A DNA stretch of 64,000 nucleotides, taken from the NCBI GenBank assembly GCA_965212005.1, contig OZ243038.1, forward strand, positions 2,103,981-2,167,980, written 5' to 3'. The stretch is from Candidatus Porifericomitaceae bacterium (lineage in GTDB: Bacteria > Pseudomonadota > Gammaproteobacteria > Porifericomitales > Porifericomitaceae). A program made the position numbers and the translations under genes. Below, piece by piece: positions 58,901 through 64,000 of the stretch. Numbering within the stretch: position 1 is the stretch's first letter; each line of letters starts with the position of its first letter. The notes under the pieces were generated by a model, which saw nothing but the letters and a program-made list of their open reading frames with translations, ran no database searches and had not been told where the DNA came from.

Positions 58901-59399
58901 TGCGTTTCTCCCTCTTCTTCATAAACACAGGCTGCTCTGGTTGCCCTTTCCCAACCGCACCGGATCCCCGTGCCCTGAGGCAAATCTGCGGTGCTGCCTG
59001 TGCCGCTGGGCCGAGGCTGATATTGGGCCGATACGGTCGGGAAAGCTCTGGCCGGCGCTGCGCCGGCGAAGCCAGCACAAGCTCCAGTATACTCGGCACA
59101 TTGATACCGGCCACTATGTTTGTCATCGGCGATTGGTAGTCGCAGGGGCGCGGAGCGCGTGAGGTTTCGCCGGTCCAGGGTATATTAGGCATAATGTCAA
59201 TGAGGCATGGATGAATGTGCGAATTCCTAACCTGGTATAGAGCGTCCTGGATGCCGTCTATAGAACAGTCCAGGTCAATAGCCCGTGCCCATCGTGCGAC
59301 CCTGCGGGCGCTGCCTCGTCCCTGTCGTTACGGAAGCTGCGGCGGCCAGGGCAGCTGCGCCTGGCATGTCCTGGCAGGCCGTGCGCCCGGGCGCGATCT

Positions 59400-59789
59400 A
59401 TGAACGAAGTCCCGCTCCCGCGCCGCAAGCCGATGCCGGCCCGGCGGGGGAAATCCCTCTTTCTGGCTTATGCGCTGTGGGGTCTGGGCGGCTTCACCGC
59501 CCTGTGCGGGTTGCACCGCCTGTACCTGGGAAAATGGAAATCGGGACTGGGCATGCTCCTGTTGTGTCCCGGGGGCGTGCTGGTGGCCGCAGCGGTCTTT
59601 ATCACGAATGTTTCTTCTTCCTTCACGGCTGACACGGACCTGTTGGGGGTAGTGTCGGATGCCTTACAGCACGCATCCGTCCGCTTATACATACTGGTCG
59701 GGCTGTTGGCCACCTTGGCGGGTATCATCTGGTTTCTGCTTGATGTAGCGCTGATCAAAGGCATGTATGCCAGCGCCGGGCAGGATTGA
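59400..59789 (+). CDS. TM2-domain membrane protein
   Basis: ...SLFLAYALWGLGGFTALCGLHRLYLGKWKSGLGMLL... is the typical TM2 motif. Additional helices follow. Confidence 0.75.
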   Translation: MNEVPLPRRKPMPARRGKSLFLAYALWGLGGFTALCGLHRLYLGKWKSGLGMLLLCPGGVLVAAAVFITNVSSSFTADTDLLGVVSDALQHASVRLYILVGLLATLAGIIWFLLDVALIKGMYASAGQD

Positions 59790-60371
59790 ACCCGGTCTTG
59801 GACCATGCCTGGCGGAGCCTGTGTCAGCTTTTGAAGGCTCCTAGCCAGGATCTGCCAGGGATGAAAATTGCAACCTGCTCGCACTGGAATGGCCTCGAGA
59901 TCTTGCTCGCTCATACGTTTAACGGAAGACATCAGCAATATCGTATTGGTCGGCCAATGGCGGTGGCGGTACCACCATGCGCCCCGGTATCGTTGGTTGC
60001 CCGGTCGCGCTCAGCGAGGTGCCTGGAGCGGTCAGGGAGGTTCTCACGCCGATGCGCGAGGTCGAGGCAGTCATCGCCGCAGGCCTGGAGGCCGGGCACC
60101 GGGTCGCCTCCCGTCCAGGGTCAGGATGCCTTCCAATGGGAGTTTGAGGCAGGATGGATGGTAACGGGGGAAGGGTCATTTTGTTGTAAAGAGTATCAGC
60201 ACAAAGGTAACGGCTTGTGCTGCGGTTCCTGTGGGATGCAATCGCGGATCCTTACTATGGTATGATCGTTTTTCATGCAGTTTCAGCCGTCATTATCTTT
60301 GCCTGTTATGATCGCGATTGGATTCAACCGCCTGTCACCCATCTGGGGCGCAGTGCTTTTCCTGATGTATC

Positions 60372-61178
60372 TTGGTGTCTTTTATCTTGACCAACACGGA
60401 TCGAGTTGACCGGCGTCTTTTGACGGAGACCTTGTTTGTTGCTGACCTGCACCTGGACGGCTCCCGGCCGGAAAAGCTGACCCTGTTTCAAGAGTTGCTC
60501 GCCGCCGCCGTAGGGCGGGTGCGGGCATTCTATATACTGGGAGATCTGTTTGAGTCCTGGGTAGGGGATGATGATTTGCGTCCTCCGCACCCGCAGATAT
60601 TGACGGCATTGTCCGGTGCCGCCAGCAAGGGATTGCCGATCTATTTCATGCGCGGAAATCGGGATTTTTTAGTCGGGGATGGTTTCCAATCCGTGACCGG
60701 GTGCGTGTTGATCCCGGATCCTTCACTGATTGAACTCAACCGTGTCTGCATGCTGCTCACGCATGGGGACTCTCTTTGCACCGGTGACGTGCGTTATCAT
60801 AGATACCGTCGCCTGATTAACCGTGCGTGGCTGCGTGCGGTTTTCCTGGCTTTGCCGCTGCGCTGGCGCCAGCGGATCGCCGGAACCTGGCGGAGACGGC
60901 GGTCCCGACCGTCGCCCGTTCGGGTGGACGTGGAGCAAAAAACAGTCGAGCGAGTTATGCAGGATTACCGGGTGCAATTGCTGATACACGGCCACACACA
61001 TCGCCTGGATCGGCATGAGTTTGATTTGGCAGGCAAGCCCGCATGCCGTTACGTGCTGGGAGCCTGGTACCAGGCGGACAGTATACTGCTGCACCGTCCG
61101 GACGGCTTTCAGTCCATGAGCGCACAGGAATACGTGAGCTGCGCCGACCTGCCTCGGTCGGCGGACGTGGCCTGCTGA
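60372..61178 (+). CDS. lpxH: UDP-2,3-diacylglucosamine diphosphatase
   Basis: The metallophosphoesterase motifs are FVADLHLD, ILGDLFESWVGDD, RGNRDFL, THGD, and HGHTH. The real start is probably the TTG at 60420 (...LTETLFVADLHL). Confidence 0.88.
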   Translation: MVSFILTNTDRVDRRLLTETLFVADLHLDGSRPEKLTLFQELLAAAVGRVRAFYILGDLFESWVGDDDLRPPHPQILTALSGAASKGLPIYFMRGNRDFLVGDGFQSVTGCVLIPDPSLIELNRVCMLLTHGDSLCTGDVRYHRYRRLINRAWLRAVFLALPLRWRQRIAGTWRRRRSRPSPVRVDVEQKTVERVMQDYRVQLLIHGHTHRLDRHEFDLAGKPACRYVLGAWYQADSILLHRPDGFQSMSAQEYVSCADLPRSADVAC

Positions 61179-61191
61179 TTAGAAGATCGGC

Positions 61192-63720
61192 GTGCATATG
61201 CGGCCAACCAAAATCGCGTCGTTGTCGGGGTTGCTGCTGACTGCCTTCCTGCTTTCCTGCGGCGGGGGCGGCGGGGGTGGCGGTGACGCCCCTGCGCCCC
61301 CGCCCCCGACCATTAGGCCACCGCCTCCGCTGCCGCCCCCGCCGACGACGCCGCCACCTCCACCGACAATGCAACAACAGCAGGAATATAATCGTCAGCA
61401 CGGCTTGGGTCAAATCAACGCGCCGGACCGTAATTGTCCGCCGCGCAATTGTTTCGGTGCGGGAGCCACGGTGGCAGTTCTAGACAACGGCGTTGCCGAT
61501 CATCCGGACTTGACGGGCAATCTGTTGCGTCCTACCGGCCCTATCACCGATCTGATTGATAATGACAATGATGCCCGTCCGGGTACAGACTCGCACGGCA
61601 CTTGGATTGCCGGCATTATTGCCGCCCGGCGGGATGGAGAGGGGATGCGCGGCGTGGCTCCCGAGGCACGCATTTTGTCTGTGCGTATCGCGGGTGACGG
61701 TCGTATTTTTCCTATACCAGAGATGGTTCAGGGCATAGTTCTTGCACTTGGACAGGGCGCCCGGGTATTAAATCTAAGTGCCGGATTATCCGGCAACAGT
61801 GATCCGATCGATAATTTCATGTTCGGGCCTTTTGGAATAATGGGGCAACCCGTTATGGTGGAGCTGCCGATAAACGAATGCTGCCTCAATGCAGGCGGGG
61901 TCTTCGACCCGTCGATCAATGCATTGCGGGCTAGCGACGGCGTGGTAGTCTTCGCCGCCGGTAACGACGGTTGGAATTCTGAAAGCGGGATGGTGAGCAC
62001 GGTCAGTATATTGGGAGTGGGAAGTATTGAGGTTCCTGCGACCGACTTGGTTGCGCGGCATTTTTCGGGCGAGCCGGTTGATCGAACGGATGTATTCGCT
62101 TTATTGCCGCGGGAGGATAGGAACCTTGAAGGGCATTTTCTTGCCGCCGTCGCGCTCGATCCGTTCGGACGCATCGCCTCCTTCAGCAACGGCTGCGGGG
62201 CGGCAATGGACTGGTGCCTGGCCGCGCCGGGAGAGGCCATCTATGCTACCTGCAACCCGGCTGACGGCAGTTGCCCCCCGGATCTCGCTCCCTACCGCAG
62301 CGTTGATGGGACGTCTTTGGCTGCCCCGCACGTGGCGGGCGCCTTGGCGGTTTTGTTTGGTTTTGCACCAACGATGACCGCTGCCCAGGCCGTGAATTTA
62401 GTGCTGGACACCGCGGTTCCGCTTTGTCTCGAAGCGGGCCGGCCCCAGTCCGGCGCTGGCTGCACTGGCGCTAACAGTGTAAACAGTATCTATGGTCACG
62501 GCCGTTTGGACCTGGCAGCCGCCCTGCGGCCTCGTGGTATCATGCGCTTCGCTTCCGCTGTGGATCCGGAAGGCGCGGGCGCGTTCCTGCTGCGCGATTC
62601 CCATATCAGTGCGACGCCGGCCTTCGGCGGAGCTTTTGCTGCCGGACGTTTTTCTCTGGGCGTGCTGGATGATTACCGGCGCGTATATACGCTTTCGTTT
62701 CCAACACGGGTGGCAGAGCCGGGGACGCGCACTACATCGGAACTGCCGGCCGTTGACGCGCTGCACGTCACGGAGGGGATCGATGCCGCGGGCGGCGTTT
62801 CCTTCCGGGCGCTGGCGGATCGGCTCCTTTCCCTGCGTCAGCAGTGGCCTCTGGGTCACCATCATTTTGTTTTCGGCTACGATTTTGGCCGTCCCTGTGC
62901 CTCTGTCTCCAGTGCTTTCTCCGCTCCGGCGTGTCGATACCAACACCGCTACCCGCTTTCGCTTAATGAGGCGTTCAGCGGTTTTGTAGACGCGGCACTT
63001 TTCTCGGGAGACTCCTTTTTGTCCGCCTCCGTTGAACAGGGCATTGTCGAGTACCACCGAAAAATATCGCGCTTTGACGCGGGGCTGCGCTACGCCGCCG
63101 GGCGGGAACATCGCCACGGCGCGCTTCGTTTTACTTACTCGCCGCGGGAGCAAATCGGGCTGGCGCTGGAAGGGGGCTTCCTGCAGGAAGACAGCAGCTT
63201 GCTGGGTACCCGGCTCAGCGGTGGATTCGGTCTGGATGGGGGTGGTAGCACCGCCTACACCAAGGTAGCGGCCCGCTTTGCCTGGCGGCAGACGCAGGCT
63301 TACGCTTCGTACCTGGTAGCGCGCACCGCGGCTCACCCCAGGTCTGGCAGCCTGATCAGTTCCCTGTCCGAGTTGTACTCGCATGCTTTTCACGTCGGAG
63401 TTTCCCGTCGCGGTCTGCTGGCCGATGATTCCTTGCGTTTTGACTTGATCCGTCCGCTGTCGGTGCACGCGGGCGCGCTGGAATTGCAGTTTATTGGCGG
63501 TTACACGCAGGATGAACAGGGTCAGGCGGTCTATCGCCGCGACCGTGCCCGGCTGGACTTGTCAGGCCGGGCACAGACGATTTTCTCCGCGACGTACCGC
63601 CTCGCGCTGAGCCAGGCCCTCGCCTTTTCTGTCAGCGCAGAGCATATTCTGAACGCCCCGTCGCGAGGATTTTCCGCCCCCGACTCGCTGCTGTCCGGTG
63701 CCCTGCGCTTGGAGTTATGA
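61192..63720 (+). CDS. subtilisin-like (S8) serine protease lipoprotein with a C-terminal autotransporter-like beta-domain (NalP/SphB1-like architecture)
   Basis: It has lipobox LLSC followed by a Gly run and a Pro-rich linker. The catalytic residues are in VAVLDNG (Asp), DSHGTWIAG (His) and GTSLAAPHVAG (Ser). About 300 aa of alternating beta-strand-like C-terminal sequence follow. Confidence 0.8.
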   Translation: MHMRPTKIASLSGLLLTAFLLSCGGGGGGGGDAPAPPPPTIRPPPPLPPPPTTPPPPPTMQQQQEYNRQHGLGQINAPDRNCPPRNCFGAGATVAVLDNGVADHPDLTGNLLRPTGPITDLIDNDNDARPGTDSHGTWIAGIIAARRDGEGMRGVAPEARILSVRIAGDGRIFPIPEMVQGIVLALGQGARVLNLSAGLSGNSDPIDNFMFGPFGIMGQPVMVELPINECCLNAGGVFDPSINALRASDGVVVFAAGNDGWNSESGMVSTVSILGVGSIEVPATDLVARHFSGEPVDRTDVFALLPREDRNLEGHFLAAVALDPFGRIASFSNGCGAAMDWCLAAPGEAIYATCNPADGSCPPDLAPYRSVDGTSLAAPHVAGALAVLFGFAPTMTAAQAVNLVLDTAVPLCLEAGRPQSGAGCTGANSVNSIYGHGRLDLAAALRPRGIMRFASAVDPEGAGAFLLRDSHISATPAFGGAFAAGRFSLGVLDDYRRVYTLSFPTRVAEPGTRTTSELPAVDALHVTEGIDAAGGVSFRALADRLLSLRQQWPLGHHHFVFGYDFGRPCASVSSAFSAPACRYQHRYPLSLNEAFSGFVDAALFSGDSFLSASVEQGIVEYHRKISRFDAGLRYAAGREHRHGALRFTYSPREQIGLALEGGFLQEDSSLLGTRLSGGFGLDGGGSTAYTKVAARFAWRQTQAYASYLVARTAAHPRSGSLISSLSELYSHAFHVGVSRRGLLADDSLRFDLIRPLSVHAGALELQFIGGYTQDEQGQAVYRRDRARLDLSGRAQTIFSATYRLALSQALAFSVSAEHILNAPSRGFSAPDSLLSGALRLEL

Positions 63721-63824
63721 GCCCGTGAGCCGTCGCGGCGGCAGGCGCTTCCCCGATGCCGGGCACTTTGTGCCATACGATGCCGCCGCTTGGTTGGATA
63801 TGCATTTACTAGAGAGTTTGCCTG

Positions 63825-64000
63825 GTGTATAAGACTGCCGCGCAATCGTCGCCGGAGATAAAAGCGGTCCCGCATCTGACAACCGCTTTATCCGGTCCTT
63901 TGCACAAAATTGAGCGCAGCCTGCTGGATGCTCAGATCGAAATCGAGTCCTGGTTTCGTCATCAATGGCGGCTGACTCCGGCACCATTTTACGCTTCTGT
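63825..64000 (+). CDS. gshA: glutamate-cysteine ligase (GshA, PF08886-type), N-terminal fragment running off the window
   Basis: This ORF is not in the ORF track. The frame after the TAG at 63810 reads (V)YKTAAQSSPEIKAVPHLTTALSGPLHKIERSLLDAQIEIESWFRHQWRLTPAPFYAS. The ...PHLTTAL.GPL...FY.S(VDLRN) pattern is characteristic. The GTG at 63825 is the likely start. Confidence 0.55.
   Translation, partial: MYKTAAQSSPEIKAVPHLTTALSGPLHKIERSLLDAQIEIESWFRHQWRLTPAPFYAS

Noticed and set aside
59925-60010. The string ...ISNIVLVGQWRWRYHH... hinted at a P-loop kinase (shikimate-kinase-like NIVLVGxxGxGKT) remnant.
   Set aside because: No frame combination restores GxxGxGKT or any downstream kinase motif, so the resemblance is confined to five residues.

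Overview
GC-rich bacterial chromosomal segment. Gene content and local synteny (pilBCD-coaE, divergent rluD/bamD, mutY-yggX, petABC-sspA, sucCD, clpB) point to a gammaproteobacterium. The cbbY-like, assimilatory sulfite reductase and cytochrome bc1 genes are compatible with an autotrophic or sulfur-type lifestyle, but that is inference only. I call about 50 protein genes and two tRNAs (Phe-GAA, Lys-UUU). I found no rRNA, no CRISPR array, and no recognisable transposase or integrase. Most of the window is housekeeping. Five things stand out. (1) Type IV pilus genes sit at three sites. pilB-pilC-pilD-coaE (0.3-4.8 kb) is preceded by a decayed ~2.5 kb tandem copy of pilB-pilC (5.1-7.55 kb). In pilS-pilR-pilA (22.2-26.3 kb), pilR carries a 1-nt frameshift while pilA keeps a sigma-54 promoter. 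An orphan pilin-like gene (41.4-42.3 kb) has a ~46-aa leader and its own sigma-54 promoter. (2) tRNA-Lys is followed by an orphan conjugation-type DNA-processing trio (TraI-like, TraD coupling ATPase, DUF4400/TraJ-like) with no integrase or T4SS. A sigma-54 promoter match precedes it and a sensor-less sigma-54 activator follows it. This is my top candidate for something not yet described. (3) Broken genes are unusually dense (pilB', pilC', pilR, an SDR next to tRNA-Phe, rsmE), meaning either real gene decay or indel-type sequence errors. (4) There is a translationally coupled TerB / CPA1 antiporter / SLOG operon and a 1000-aa fused polytopic-membrane / spermidine-synthase-like protein. (5) An AT-rich scar is flanked by duplicated zapE 3' ends. 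All family assignments come from motif recognition by eye; no database search or computation was run.
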